A stretch of DNA of 64,000 nucleotides from an archaeon (GCA_021792955.1 JAJYTP010000003.1:18037-82036); one strand, 5' to 3'. Positions 8,959 to 19,309 are shown, counted from the first letter of the stretch. The notes: a model not told the origin generated them from the letters alone. Program-made: numbers and translations.

Positions 8959-9789
8959 TTACTGCTGTGCTCCCTTTTCCTCTTGCTCCTTCTTCTTACT
9001 TCCCTTAGCCATAAGGTCCTTTACATCGAAGAGCCCAAGTGGAGATAGCCCGGCTGTAGGGATATTGGAGGGTATCATTACTAGTGAGCTGTTGGACCTG
9101 AGGCCAAGCTCATATAACATGTTCATCCATCTCAACTGAAACGCCAGTTCATTATTTTTGTACTGGTCAGCTGCCTGGACCATCTTCTCAGCTGCCTGTG
9201 ATTCTGCCAATGCGAGTGTGACCCTGGCCCTCCTTTCCCTTTCGGCCTGTGCCTGCGCCGACATGGCAGCCTGTAGCGAAGATGGTATCTTCAGGTCCCT
9301 GACCTCCACTGCGGTGACCTTTATTCCCCAGGATTCGGTCTTTTCGTCTATTATCCCCCTTACTATCGTTCCGATCTTCTCACGCTCGGCAAGAAGCTCG
9401 TCAAATACGGTCTGGCCTACCACCTCTCTCAGCGTGGTCTGAGCCGCATATTCCGTAGCAGCGCGATAGTTTTCGACGCTCAGGACGCTCTTCTGCACAT
9501 CGGCAGGCATGAAGTACATCACGGCGTCAACGTCCACTGGCACGTTATCCTTCGTCAGCGTCTGTTCGGTGACGAATGAATATACCTGTAATCTGGTCGA
9601 AATTTTTATTGGCATCTTGCTTATGAACGGAAATACGTATACGAGGCCTGGCCCCTTGATACCCATGAACCTCCCGAGGGTCAGAACAGGTGCCCTTTCC
9701 CATTCCCGTAGAATATGTAACCCGCTCAAGAATACGCCTACTACAACTACTATTATGAATATTGAGAAATAAAGTAATATATCTGACAT
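8959..9789 (-). CDS. Stomatin/SPFH (slipin) protein
   Basis: EWERAPVLTLGR, GPGL, TKDNV, AQTTLR and QAQAERERRA motifs. Likely start is ATG 9789. Confidence 0.92.
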   Translation of the reverse strand: MSDILLYFSIFIIVVVVGVFLSGLHILREWERAPVLTLGRFMGIKGPGLVYVFPFISKMPIKISTRLQVYSFVTEQTLTKDNVPVDVDAVMYFMPADVQKSVLSVENYRAATEYAAQTTLREVVGQTVFDELLAEREKIGTIVRGIIDEKTESWGIKVTAVEVRDLKIPSSLQAAMSAQAQAERERRARVTLALAESQAAEKMVQAADQYKNNELAFQLRWMNMLYELGLRSNSSLVMIPSNIPTAGLSPLGLFDVKDLMAKGSKKKEQEEKGAQQ

Positions 9790-9970
9790 ATAAAGTATTA
9801 ACCCGCGGTTCACTATAAAAGGCTTTCCTAAGATTAAGCCAGCATAGCAATGTTCAACGGGCCGACAGAATTTTAATGGAACGCGTCAGCTGTAGAAAAG
9901 CCTTTTAATTTCAGCTAAACGCTCTCCCCTTGCCGAATCCCTTGGATAACTTCACGCTGCTGCCCCGAAT

Positions 9971-10255
9971 TTAATCGCCCAAATTTTCCATCGGCTTCTT
10001 GGAGAACAGGTTTTCCCTCAATTCCCTTTCTAATTCAGGATCGTTTCTTCTGAGCCATTCCAGCAGCAGTGAAAAGTGCTCCTTCTCATCGTCCCTATTA
10101 TGTTTCATCACAGCCTTCAGTGTTTCATCCTTGGTCGCGCTCGCCCTTTCATCATAAAACATGATGGCCTCTATTTCTTCAAGAAGTGACTGTCTGGCCC
10201 TGCTCAATTCGGCGGTCCTTTGATCCACATGTAAAATGTCTTCATATCTTGGCAT
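9971..10255 (-). CDS. Encapsulated-ferritin-like (EncFtn) protein
   Basis: SLLEEIEAIMFYDER...HNRDDEKEH...LEWLRRNDP ferroxidase signature. Start at ATG 10255 (MPRYED). Confidence 0.88.
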   Translation of the reverse strand: MPRYEDILHVDQRTAELSRARQSLLEEIEAIMFYDERASATKDETLKAVMKHNRDDEKEHFSLLLEWLRRNDPELERELRENLFSKKPMENLGD

Positions 10256-10445
10256 ACTGTTTAGCTCGGGATCAGCTCTCTTAAACCTTTCCAACGGCGG
10301 CTCTGGCCCCTTTGATAGTCCAATATATGGATGATCAGTGACCGCCGCCAATTGACCCTGGACTACCATTTACAGCCGTACCCTTAATTCGCTGGCCCTT
10401 GCGAGTTCGATGATGAAAAACGGCCTGCTGTGGGATTAGTATTGC

Positions 10446-12503
10446 CTAAATGCCCAGCTGTTGAAACATTTCACCTAGGTCGCCGGTTGGACGTTTGCAA
10501 AGCGTATCGGTGCAGACCCTGGCAATCGGCTCCTCTCCCCCGCCCTCAATGACATCTGTAAACGGCGCAAATTCAAGCCTGCCCTCCCGCGGCTTGTACA
10601 GGAGCATCTTATTGGGAAGGTACCGTTTCCTTAATGCCTCGGCCACTGGGCCTACGCGTCTTCCAGAACCTGTCAGAACCACCCTGTAAAGCGGGCCCAG
10701 TTCGGCATCCACCGCCTGCAGGAATCCAGTGTAAGAGGCAGGGTCCATCGCCGCTATTGATTTAGCCCATGAAAACGTCGACTCAAGCGCCCCCAGGTGG
10801 CTTTCCCTGTCGGTCATCCTTGCAATGTGCACCAGGTTCAGAGCGTGGATTGAATTACCAGAAGGCACGGCTCCATCGTACAGCTCCTTCTTCATGAAAG
10901 CCCTATCGGCGCTGAAATCCGGGATATTATAGAACCCACCTCCCTCCCTATCTAAGAAGTGTTTGATCGAAAAGTCAAGCAGCCTGATCGCCTCATCCAT
11001 GTACCTTTTCTCAAATGTGGCCTCGTAAAGCTCCCTCAGTCCCCAGCACAAATAGGCGTAATCATCAAGCAGCCCATTGATGGTGGCCGTATTATCCGCG
11101 TAAACATGATAAAGAGCTCCATCTCCAGCGACCAGTTTTGCCAGCACGAAATCCGCGCAACCCCTCGCCGCTTGCGCGTACCTGAAGTCGCCTATGGCCG
11201 AGTAGGCCTTTGAAAGGAAGGCTATGGCCATTCCATTGATATCGGACAGCACCTTTGTATCCGTCCTAGGCCTTATCCTCTCGCTTCTGCTTGCCAGCAG
11301 CCTTTTGGTTATGTCCAGGATCGTCCTGTTTAGCGCATCAGTTGTGAGGTTTAACCTTCCAGCAATGGCCTCCGGTGAATCGGCCAAGTAAAGCACGCTA
11401 GCCGGTTTGCCACCTCTTACGGCCACCTCAGCCGTGCCGAAGGCAGCCTTCGCCGGAGCCAGCAGCTCCGTGGGCAGTACCCTTTCTAACTCGGACCTGT
11501 CCCAGAGGTAGAACCTCCCCTCCTCCCCTTCGCTGTCGGCATCTATTGCGGTGTAGAAAGCGCCGTCGGGGGACTTGATCTCAGTGGAAACAAAATTGAA
11601 AATTTCGTTTACAACGGTTGCATACAGCTCGTTACCGGTTGCCTGGTATGCCTCTGCATAAATATAGCCCAGCAGTGCTTGATCGTACATCATCTTTTCA
11701 AAATGAGGCAGGAACCATTCTCTGTCGACCGCATAACGATGAAAGCCCCCTCCAAGCTGGTCAAATACGCCTCCCTTCCTCATGGCCATCAGCGTAGTTT
11801 CAACCATTTGCAGGGCCTCCGGGCTGTTGAACCGCCTCCAGTACCTCAGCAGGAACCCGAGCCTTTGGGCTGCTGGGAACTTGGGACCGGATCCAAACCC
11901 CCCAAACTCCCTATCAAAGGAGGAGCTCAGACTTTCAAAGGCGCCCTTCATCAGGGCGACGCCCTCAACAGTGGAAGGGTTGGCATTGGCCACTTCATTG
12001 CCGTAATTGGGCGCCCCTCTGGCATCCATAAGTAATGGTGACCTATCGCGCCAGGCCTTGATCACCATAGGAAGGAGTTCCATTAACCCAATCATCCCTC
12101 CCCTAGAACTTTTCGGGATATAGGTGGCCGCGAAGACTACCACCTTGTCAGGGGTCATAATGATGGTCATGGGCCAGCCGCCCGACCCCGTTGATGAAAC
12201 ACATATGTCCATAAAGTGGCTGTCAAGGTCCGGCCTTTCCTCCCTGTCTATCAGTATGGCAATGAAGTGATCGTTGATCAGTCCGGCCACACCTTCATCC
12301 ATGAACGATTCCCTTTCCATGACATGGCACCAGTGGCAGGAAAGGTACCCTATGGATATGAATAGCAGCTTCCCCTCTGACCTAGCCTTCTCTAACGCTT
12401 CTTCGCCCCAAGGATACCAGCATACCAGGTCCTTCGTATGGTCCTGCAGGTAAGGGCTGTGCGACCCCTCCAAATGCGTGTTTCCCCCCGCGCCTGCCTT
12501 CAA
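10446..12503 (-). CDS. YyaL/SSP411 thioredoxin-domain and alpha/alpha-barrel protein
   Basis: SPYLQDH, CHWCHVMERESF, DREERPD, GGWP, PHFEKMMYDQ and ADSEGEEG motifs. Confidence 0.93.
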   Translation of the reverse strand: MKAGAGGNTHLEGSHSPYLQDHTKDLVCWYPWGEEALEKARSEGKLLFISIGYLSCHWCHVMERESFMDEGVAGLINDHFIAILIDREERPDLDSHFMDICVSSTGSGGWPMTIIMTPDKVVVFAATYIPKSSRGGMIGLMELLPMVIKAWRDRSPLLMDARGAPNYGNEVANANPSTVEGVALMKGAFESLSSSFDREFGGFGSGPKFPAAQRLGFLLRYWRRFNSPEALQMVETTLMAMRKGGVFDQLGGGFHRYAVDREWFLPHFEKMMYDQALLGYIYAEAYQATGNELYATVVNEIFNFVSTEIKSPDGAFYTAIDADSEGEEGRFYLWDRSELERVLPTELLAPAKAAFGTAEVAVRGGKPASVLYLADSPEAIAGRLNLTTDALNRTILDITKRLLASRSERIRPRTDTKVLSDINGMAIAFLSKAYSAIGDFRYAQAARGCADFVLAKLVAGDGALYHVYADNTATINGLLDDYAYLCWGLRELYEATFEKRYMDEAIRLLDFSIKHFLDREGGGFYNIPDFSADRAFMKKELYDGAVPSGNSIHALNLVHIARMTDRESHLGALESTFSWAKSIAAMDPASYTGFLQAVDAELGPLYRVVLTGSGRRVGPVAEALRKRYLPNKMLLYKPREGRLEFAPFTDVIEGGGEEPIARVCTDTLCKRPTGDLGEMFQQLGI

Positions 12504-12649
12504 TTTACCCTTAAATTTGCGCCTTTGTGCTTAAACGTTTCTCGAAAATCTGGGAAGCGCTACGTGGTGCTCGATGCGGAGGGACGTAATGGTTTAGGGG
12601 ATTGAGGTATCATCGTAACACTAAAATATCCACATGAGGTCATATATCC

Positions 12650-13312
12650 ATGCCCGTTGATACGAACGTAAGGACCACCTTTGCGTCCATAAGCGATAAG
12701 TATGACAGGATGAACAGGCTTCTGTCGCTATTTATGGACGACGCATGGAGAAGACATATGCTGGCAATGCTTCCTCATACGGGTACCATATTGGATGTGG
12801 GATGCGGCACCGGAAGGCTGGAATACCTTTTACATAAAGATGAGCGCTGGAGAGTGGTCGGGGTTGACCTGACTGCGGAGATGCTCAGGTTAAATGGATA
12901 CGCGGAAGGCGGGATAGTCCAGGGGTCTGCCACTCTCCTCCCTTTCAGGGACAACAGCTTTGCCGGGCTCATGAGCGCCTTTGTCCTCAGGAACCTTCCA
13001 TCTACCCGTGACTTCTTTGCTGAGGCATGGCGCGTGACCAGGAAGGACGGCCACCTTCTCACCCTGGATATACTTCCCACAAGGGGGCGCATCACGGGGA
13101 TACCATTTGAACTGTACTTTTACAGGATGGCCCCATTTATGGCCGACCGTATTTCGGGGACAACGGCGTACAGCTACCTGGCCAGGAGCGTCCAGGGCTT
13201 CAAATACATAGATGAGCTGCTGCTAGAAATTTCAGCTGCAGGCTTTGAGCAGAACGTTGTAAAGTCCTTCAGGGGAACGCATGTGTTCCTGATAGACTCA
13301 AAAAAGGCCTAA
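12650..13312 (+). CDS. UbiE/MenG family methyltransferase
   Basis: FASISDKYDRMNRLLS, ILDVGCGTG, LPF, FVLRN and AYSYLARS motifs. Confidence 0.85.
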   Translation: MPVDTNVRTTFASISDKYDRMNRLLSLFMDDAWRRHMLAMLPHTGTILDVGCGTGRLEYLLHKDERWRVVGVDLTAEMLRLNGYAEGGIVQGSATLLPFRDNSFAGLMSAFVLRNLPSTRDFFAEAWRVTRKDGHLLTLDILPTRGRITGIPFELYFYRMAPFMADRISGTTAYSYLARSVQGFKYIDELLLEISAAGFEQNVVKSFRGTHVFLIDSKKA

Positions 13313-14037
13313 CCTCCAGCTTCATCCGCGCCCGGTTTTGTCATCCCGGTTGATGAACCCCGATAGCTGCCCAGGCCGGGGATATACCTGTTTACAAATT
13401 CAAATATGTCCAGCAGCAGCTTCCTGTCCTTCAGGCCAAATATAACTAAGGCTACGGCAAGGCCAAGAAGGCCACCCCCTATGACGTCGAGCGGCCAGTG
13501 GACTCCTACAAAGACCCTGGCTATCGACACCAGGAACGCCTCTACGCTGAGGGGAACATACCATCTTTTGCTCAGGGTTAGCAGGCTCATTCCGGCCCCA
13601 CTCCAGACTATAAGCGCATGTCCTGACGGATAGCTCGCGTCCAGGGGCCTGGCTATAAGCGGATTGATATTAAGATACAAGAAGGGCCTCTGCATCGCCA
13701 GAGCGTCCTTCATGATTGTTCCTATTATTATATCAGCTATGAACGCTACGGATATCATGAAGGCCGCGGTGCGATGCCTTTTATTTCCGAGGAACCATAA
13801 CGCTGCCACTACTGGTATCCAGAAGTACTCCCTTCCGTACAGGGCCATGATTATCATAAATGAGTTCAAGGTAGGACTTACCCCGCTCAGCCCGAATATC
13901 TCATAGAACAGGGAGACGTTGAACCAGTTATCTTCTCCGACAAGCACCAGGTAGATCGTGATAAGAAGTACAGCCAGAGCCAGTAACGCCCCCAGCAGCA
14001 TATAAGCTCTCGGCTTCATGCTATTGACAGGGGCCAT
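13309..14037 (-). CDS. PAP2 family membrane phosphatase
   Basis: KxxxxxxRP, SYPSGH and SIARVFVGVHWPLDV motifs. Confidence 0.92.
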   Translation of the reverse strand: MAPVNSMKPRAYMLLGALLALAVLLITIYLVLVGEDNWFNVSLFYEIFGLSGVSPTLNSFMIIMALYGREYFWIPVVAALWFLGNKRHRTAAFMISVAFIADIIIGTIMKDALAMQRPFLYLNINPLIARPLDASYPSGHALIVWSGAGMSLLTLSKRWYVPLSVEAFLVSIARVFVGVHWPLDVIGGGLLGLAVALVIFGLKDRKLLLDIFEFVNRYIPGLGSYRGSSTGMTKPGADEAGG

Positions 14038-14146
14038 GCCCTTTAAAACCTTTACAACGGATTATTTGTTGGCTCTAGCTGGAATTGCGATAACATGTGC
14101 GGATGGGCGGCGGCCCTCAGGGGCAAGGGCCAATAACCACGGTTGG

Positions 14147-15925
14147 TCAACCAACGAAGTAGTAATGACCTTCCATCTTCTGCTGTCTGTCAAGCTTGCT
14201 GTCCGGCTTGTTCACACGCGGCCTTCCAGTTGACGCGTCCCTTCGGTATGTTATCTTCATGTCCTTTAGGAATGCGTTCATGGCTGCGGCCTTCCCCATG
14301 GGCCCTATGACCTCCCCCTTTTCGTCTGGCGTGCCCTTAAGTATCATCATGGAATCCGATATTATATCAAGGAGCATCAGGTCATGGTCTATTACGAGGC
14401 CGGCCCTCCCATTTCTCTTGATGTAGTTTGCTAACACCTTTGCCAGCATTATCCTGTCCTCTATGTCGGTAAAGGCCGAGGGCTCATCCAGCGCGTACAC
14501 CTGTGAATCTCTCAGCATCGTCAGTGCTATGGCGACCTTCTGTAGCTCCCCTCCGCTCAGGTTTTCAACCCTCTTTGAAAGGAGGGCGTCTATCCGGAGC
14601 GGCCTGATGAGATATGTCATGTTCTCCTCTGAATTCCATTCGCTCGAACCGGAACTTATCAGCTGTTCCACGGTACCATCGAAATCGCTGCTCAGGTACT
14701 GCGGCTTATAGGATATCTTGATGTCCTTGCTGACGGTCCCTTCATCAGGCTCCTCAACCCCGGCCAGCAGCTTTAGAAACGTGGTCTTGCCCAGCCCGTT
14801 AGCCCCCATTATGCCAACTATTTCGCTTTCATTAAGAAAGCCCTCCGAAACGCTCAATTCGAATTTATGGTATTTCTTTTTCATAGCTCCATAGGAGAGC
14901 AGCTTAACCCCACCCCCTTCAGATTTTATATCGGTATGGGCGTTGAAGATAACAGGATTATCCCTGAAACGTACGTTCTCTTCGGGTATCGTGCCGTTCA
15001 GCAGGGCGTTTATGCCCGCCGTATTGGTCATCAGGTTCGAAACTATTCCATAGACGGATGGCTCTCCGTAAATTATATGCACGTAATCGCTTGCATAGTC
15101 CAGAAAAGTTAGGTCGTGCTCTATCAGCAGCACACCGCTCCCCTTCTCAGCAAGCCTTCGGATCAGCATCGCCACCCTTATCCTGTTATTCACATCTATG
15201 AATGAACTGGGTTCATCGAAGAAATAATAATCGCTTTTCCTGGAGGCGGCAACTATTAATGCGAGCTTCTGCAGCTGGCCGCCGCTCAGCTCGGAGGGAA
15301 GCTTATCCAGTTCGCCTGAAAATTCCAGCTCGCTAATCCAGCTGGCTGCCTCCCCTTCATCATATTTATCGATCATCTCCCTGACCGATTTGGGCCATAG
15401 GGCCGGGATCTGGTAAATTGCCTGTGGCTTAAGCGAAACCTTCAGGCTTCCGGACGAAAGCTCCTTGATATAGTTAAGCATGATGTTGCCCTTAAAGTGG
15501 GAAATCACATCGTTCCAGCTGACCGGGCTGTCATACGAGCCCAGATTGGGCACCATGTTGCCCGAAAGGATGTTTATCGCGGTAGTCTTTCCTATGCCGT
15601 TTTTCCCGGTTAATCCGACTATGTATCCGCGTTTCAGCTGTGGAAGCCTGTACAGCCTGAACGTATTAGGGCCGTACTGATGCATCCTCGCTTCGCCGAC
15701 CTCCGAGGGAAGGTTTATTATGTCTATGGCATCGAAGGGGCATTTCTTTACGCATATGCCGCATCCTATGCAGAGGCTCTCACTGATCACGGGGTAACTA
15801 TCGGCGCCGAATTCGATAACCTTCTCGCCTGATATCTGGGGTGGGCAGAACCGCTGGCACTCGTGATTGCATTTTGTAGGCTTGCATACGTCCCTGTCTA
15901 TCACCGCCACCCTGGTCGATTGCAT
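14147..15925 (-). CDS. abcE1: Ribosome recycling ATPase ABCE1/Rli1
   Basis: N-terminal 2x[4Fe-4S] cysteines, two ABC domains (GKNGIGKTT, GANGLGKTT, LSGG) and C-terminal GRPRVNK. Confidence 0.97.
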   Translation of the reverse strand: MQSTRVAVIDRDVCKPTKCNHECQRFCPPQISGEKVIEFGADSYPVISESLCIGCGICVKKCPFDAIDIINLPSEVGEARMHQYGPNTFRLYRLPQLKRGYIVGLTGKNGIGKTTAINILSGNMVPNLGSYDSPVSWNDVISHFKGNIMLNYIKELSSGSLKVSLKPQAIYQIPALWPKSVREMIDKYDEGEAASWISELEFSGELDKLPSELSGGQLQKLALIVAASRKSDYYFFDEPSSFIDVNNRIRVAMLIRRLAEKGSGVLLIEHDLTFLDYASDYVHIIYGEPSVYGIVSNLMTNTAGINALLNGTIPEENVRFRDNPVIFNAHTDIKSEGGGVKLLSYGAMKKKYHKFELSVSEGFLNESEIVGIMGANGLGKTTFLKLLAGVEEPDEGTVSKDIKISYKPQYLSSDFDGTVEQLISSGSSEWNSEENMTYLIRPLRIDALLSKRVENLSGGELQKVAIALTMLRDSQVYALDEPSAFTDIEDRIMLAKVLANYIKRNGRAGLVIDHDLMLLDIISDSMMILKGTPDEKGEVIGPMGKAAAMNAFLKDMKITYRRDASTGRPRVNKPDSKLDRQQKMEGHYYFVG

Positions 15926-16025
15926 GTAGTGACGGGGGGACGTCGGTTTTTAACTCTGTCGATAGTTCCCGGTGGCCCCCTTTCGCTATCCCCTCACGGT
16001 TTCCCAGGATAATAGACCATGGACC

Positions 16026-16511
16026 TCAAATTTCATCCTGTAGGTGTTTCCAGAAGCCATCGACTATAGTAAGATACTCCGGTCCTTCAGTAAGCCTGCG
16101 CTTGACGGCCAGCGAGCCGATGGGCTCCATCTCCAATGATTCAAGCGCCCTTAATGTAGCCCTTACGTACCTATCAGCGTCAAAACCGCCATAGGTCATG
16201 AAATACCCAACGCGTTTGCCCGCAGTTCCTCGTAGGCTCTTTAAAAGCCGGTTAAATGGCGGGCAACTAACGGTCCATTTTGGGCTGCCCACCAGAATCA
16301 GGTCATATTTACCGACATCAAGCAGCCCAAGGTCTATATCGACATAGCTTCCGGGAAAAAATGAAAGAATAAGCCATTGCCAGTATTCCCTGTCCTTTTT
16401 AGGGGAGGCCTGGAGGATAGTCACTTCGTGGCCGGCTGCATCATTCATAAGCCTGGCCGCCACTTTGGCGGTGGCTCCGCGCCAGCTGAAATATGCGATC
16501 AGTATTTTCAA
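16026..16511 (-). CDS. Flavodoxin-like protein
   Basis: 'ILIAYFSWRGATAKVA' FMN loop, YDLILVGSPKW and FMTYGG. Confidence 0.8.
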   Translation of the reverse strand: MKILIAYFSWRGATAKVAARLMNDAAGHEVTILQASPKKDREYWQWLILSFFPGSYVDIDLGLLDVGKYDLILVGSPKWTVSCPPFNRLLKSLRGTAGKRVGYFMTYGGFDADRYVRATLRALESLEMEPIGSLAVKRRLTEGPEYLTIVDGFWKHLQDEI

Positions 16512-16580
16512 CGACCTTTTTGTTAAGCCACTGGTAAATATCGGTTGTGTTATGATCGAGGCCGCAATGGCGAACCTTGG

Positions 16581-17111
16581 TCAGACCCTAAAATGGGCCC
16601 TGCAGCGGGGTTCATACACGTCCTCTCCACCTATCAATATGCTCTTGTTGGAGCTGACCTTTCTGGCGGAAAAGGTGGCCGGTTCGCCGCAGATCATGCA
16701 GACCGCCGTCAATTTGATAACTTCGTCGGCTATGGCCAGCAGGCCGGGCATGGGCCCAAACGGCTCGCCCAGATAGTTCTTGTCCAGACCAGCGATGATC
16801 ACCCTCTTTCCGTCGTTCGCCAGGCCTCCTACGACATCTATGACGCCTTCATCGAAGAACTGGGCTTCGTCTATTCCGATGACTTCATAGCCCTTGGACT
16901 GGGGCACTATCTCGGCTGACCCGTTCACCGCTATGGCCGGCATATATCTGCCATCATGGCTTTTGACCATATCATTTAATCTAGTGTCTATAGAATGTTT
17001 GAAAAGGACTACCTTCTTGTTCGCAAAATTGTAACGCTTTAATTCTATGAGGAGCTCCTCCGTCTTCCTTGAGAACATGGGGCCTGAATAGACCTTAATC
17101 CAACCGCCCAT
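16581..17111 (-). CDS. tdk: Thymidine kinase (TK1 type)
   Basis: GPMFSRKT, IDEAQFF, AGLD, CMIC, GGEDVYEPRCRAH. Confidence 0.95.
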   Translation of the reverse strand: MGGWIKVYSGPMFSRKTEELLIELKRYNFANKKVVLFKHSIDTRLNDMVKSHDGRYMPAIAVNGSAEIVPQSKGYEVIGIDEAQFFDEGVIDVVGGLANDGKRVIIAGLDKNYLGEPFGPMPGLLAIADEVIKLTAVCMICGEPATFSARKVSSNKSILIGGEDVYEPRCRAHFRV

Positions 17112-17278
17112 GGACAGCTTTTAAACCCTAGGCTTTTAAGCATTAAGGGGACTGTCTGAATGGAAACTTGGTTGAATAATAGTGTTAAGCGGATGGCGCA
17201 ACCCCACATCAATCAACGTTGACTTACGCCTTGACTTTTTAAATATATTTATTAACCTTATAACACAGTTTCCATACA

Positions 17279-18010
17279 ATGAGAGTACATCTTCCACTGC
17301 TCAATAACCTGGTGGCCATCGAGGTAGCTAAAAGACACGGGATGAGTGTGGAACTTAACTTTGATACAAGGAAGCTAGGCACCAGCAAGGAGGAGGTGCT
17401 GGCGGTAAGGGATGCGGGGAGGGGTATAGCTAAGAGCGTCCATGGTCCATTTATGGATCTAAACCCCGGGGCCCTTGACCAGGATGTCAGAAAACTCACG
17501 CTTGACAGGTTGGGATGGGCGATCGAAACAGCCACGCTCCTGGAGGTCGATGATTTGATTATCCATGACGGCTACATCCCCCTCATATACGGCTATCCAT
17601 CCCTGAAAGGCGGATGGCTCCAGAGGGCCAGTGAGCTCCTGGGGGAGATCTCAAAAATGGGAAGGGATAGGGGGATAAGGGTGCTCCTGGAGAACATGTT
17701 CACGGACGATCCCCTGATGATAAAGGCGCTGGCTGAAGAAGCCGGGCTGAACGTCTGTCTGGATGTAGGTCATATCTCCTTTTCATCAAATATCGCAGTG
17801 GAGGAGTGGGTGAACGTCCTTCATCCATTAATAAAGGAAGTGCATGTCCATGACAACGATGGGGCTTCAGATGAACATCTGGCGCTTGGAGCCGGCACCA
17901 TCAAATTTGATCCAGTCATTTCCTTAATTTCCATGTTCACCTTAGAACTGGGCAGCGAGGCTGACCTGGAAGCTTCAATCGATTATATGAGGGAAAGGGG
18001 ATGGATCTAG
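17279..18010 (+). CDS. Xylose-isomerase-like/AP-endonuclease-2 TIM-barrel metalloenzyme
   Basis: SVHGPFMDLNPG, LLEN, CLDVGH, HVHDNDGASDEHLALG, TLE. Confidence 0.88.
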   Translation: MRVHLPLLNNLVAIEVAKRHGMSVELNFDTRKLGTSKEEVLAVRDAGRGIAKSVHGPFMDLNPGALDQDVRKLTLDRLGWAIETATLLEVDDLIIHDGYIPLIYGYPSLKGGWLQRASELLGEISKMGRDRGIRVLLENMFTDDPLMIKALAEEAGLNVCLDVGHISFSSNIAVEEWVNVLHPLIKEVHVHDNDGASDEHLALGAGTIKFDPVISLISMFTLELGSEADLEASIDYMRERGWI

Positions 18011-18786
18011 AGGAATTCAAAGCCGCGATAGAGGATACCAAGAGGCTGGTGACGGCGAGCGCGATAAGAGCGTTTCACCGGGATCTAATCAATGTCACGC
18101 TCATGGGAAGCACTGTTAACTCCGAATATAAGATCATAAATCAGGACCTGGATTTCCTGGTGGTTATTGGCAGGCTTAATGCGTACGATATAAGGGCATA
18201 TGCCATGGCTCTGGAGGATATCAAGGGGAAATCAAAACAGGTAAGGATAGAATGGACTATCAAGGACGGCCCATGGAAGCCATCTATAGACGGTAAACCG
18301 CTTATAGCTGTACATATGAACCTGGAAACGCAGCTGGCAGTATGGAGGAGGGCCACCCATCAGACCAATCTGGCGAGGAGCATGTTTCTCAACTGTGAAA
18401 CACTACACGGCTTACCTCTTAGGGACCTATTTCCGATTCTACCATATACCCCTCAGAAGGCGCTTTCGGACTGCTACGCCTTTCCCTGGCTCAAGGGGCT
18501 TCTGTTTGCCGCAGTTAAAATGAAGCCAGATTCTAGGTTCGAGCTGTTTCAGTATGCTACACTCAGCGCCGCCCTCAATTATAGGCTGCTTAAGGGAGGG
18601 AGCGAAGGTAGAATAGAAGCTGCAAAATCGATGATGAAGAACAGGCCCCGGTGGTCAGGGCTTCTGTCAAGTGTGCTAGAGGGCAGGATGGAGGTTAAAC
18701 CCAGGGCCGATCTACGGGACCTCAGGAGGGCAATCGAATTTATAGACGAGCTGGAGGAGGAAATAGTTGATAAGAAGAAGAATTGA
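18001..18786 (+). CDS. Pol-beta-superfamily nucleotidyltransferase-like protein with helical C-terminal domain
   Basis: 'LMGS-x11-DLDFLVV' matches hG[GS]..DhD. Overlaps the upstream gene by 10 nt. Confidence 0.7.
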   Translation: MDLEEFKAAIEDTKRLVTASAIRAFHRDLINVTLMGSTVNSEYKIINQDLDFLVVIGRLNAYDIRAYAMALEDIKGKSKQVRIEWTIKDGPWKPSIDGKPLIAVHMNLETQLAVWRRATHQTNLARSMFLNCETLHGLPLRDLFPILPYTPQKALSDCYAFPWLKGLLFAAVKMKPDSRFELFQYATLSAALNYRLLKGGSEGRIEAAKSMMKNRPRWSGLLSSVLEGRMEVKPRADLRDLRRAIEFIDELEEEIVDKKKN

Positions 18787-19309
18787 TTGCATGTGGGATG
18801 AGACGGAGGGGATGGAGCTGTCCCTTCTGACCGTGGATTCGATAGATGATGCAAGTGGCATCGGCGGGATACCTGCATTCGATATACTCAGGAATTACGC
18901 GTTCATGGATGAGCCGGACCCTCACTTCATTTATATCGTTGATGAAAGGGACCTGGCAAGGATGTCAAGCTCTAGTGATTTCGTAGTCCAGTTCAGCGGC
19001 CTGTTAAGAAGGGGGAAGTTCTCTACAGGGGGCCCATGGCAGATCAGGTCACCCACTCCATATGACCTTCTTGTGAGCACCGAAGTGGGGCTTGTAACCG
19101 CCCAGCAGGTCCTGGTGGAAATGGCTGCTCTGGGACGCGGCAACGCTACGAGGGTAATAAGGGAAGTAAATAGGGGATTCCTTGAAGTGTTTGGCGAAGA
19201 ACCTGAAGCGCTGAAGCCTGCCCTGAAGGAGGGCTCGAAGCTCAGCCCTTCAAAATCGCTCAAACTGCTAGAAAGGGTGATAAGGGAGCTGTACAGTCTA
19301 CCACTATAG
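18767..19309 (+). CDS. Hypothetical protein, translationally coupled to the NTase-like gene
   Basis: GGAGGAGG RBS before TTG 18767 (alternative start ATG 18791). Overlaps the upstream stop. Confidence 0.65.
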   Translation: MIRRRIDCMWDETEGMELSLLTVDSIDDASGIGGIPAFDILRNYAFMDEPDPHFIYIVDERDLARMSSSSDFVVQFSGLLRRGKFSTGGPWQIRSPTPYDLLVSTEVGLVTAQQVLVEMAALGRGNATRVIREVNRGFLEVFGEEPEALKPALKEGSKLSPSKSLKLLERVIRELYSLPL

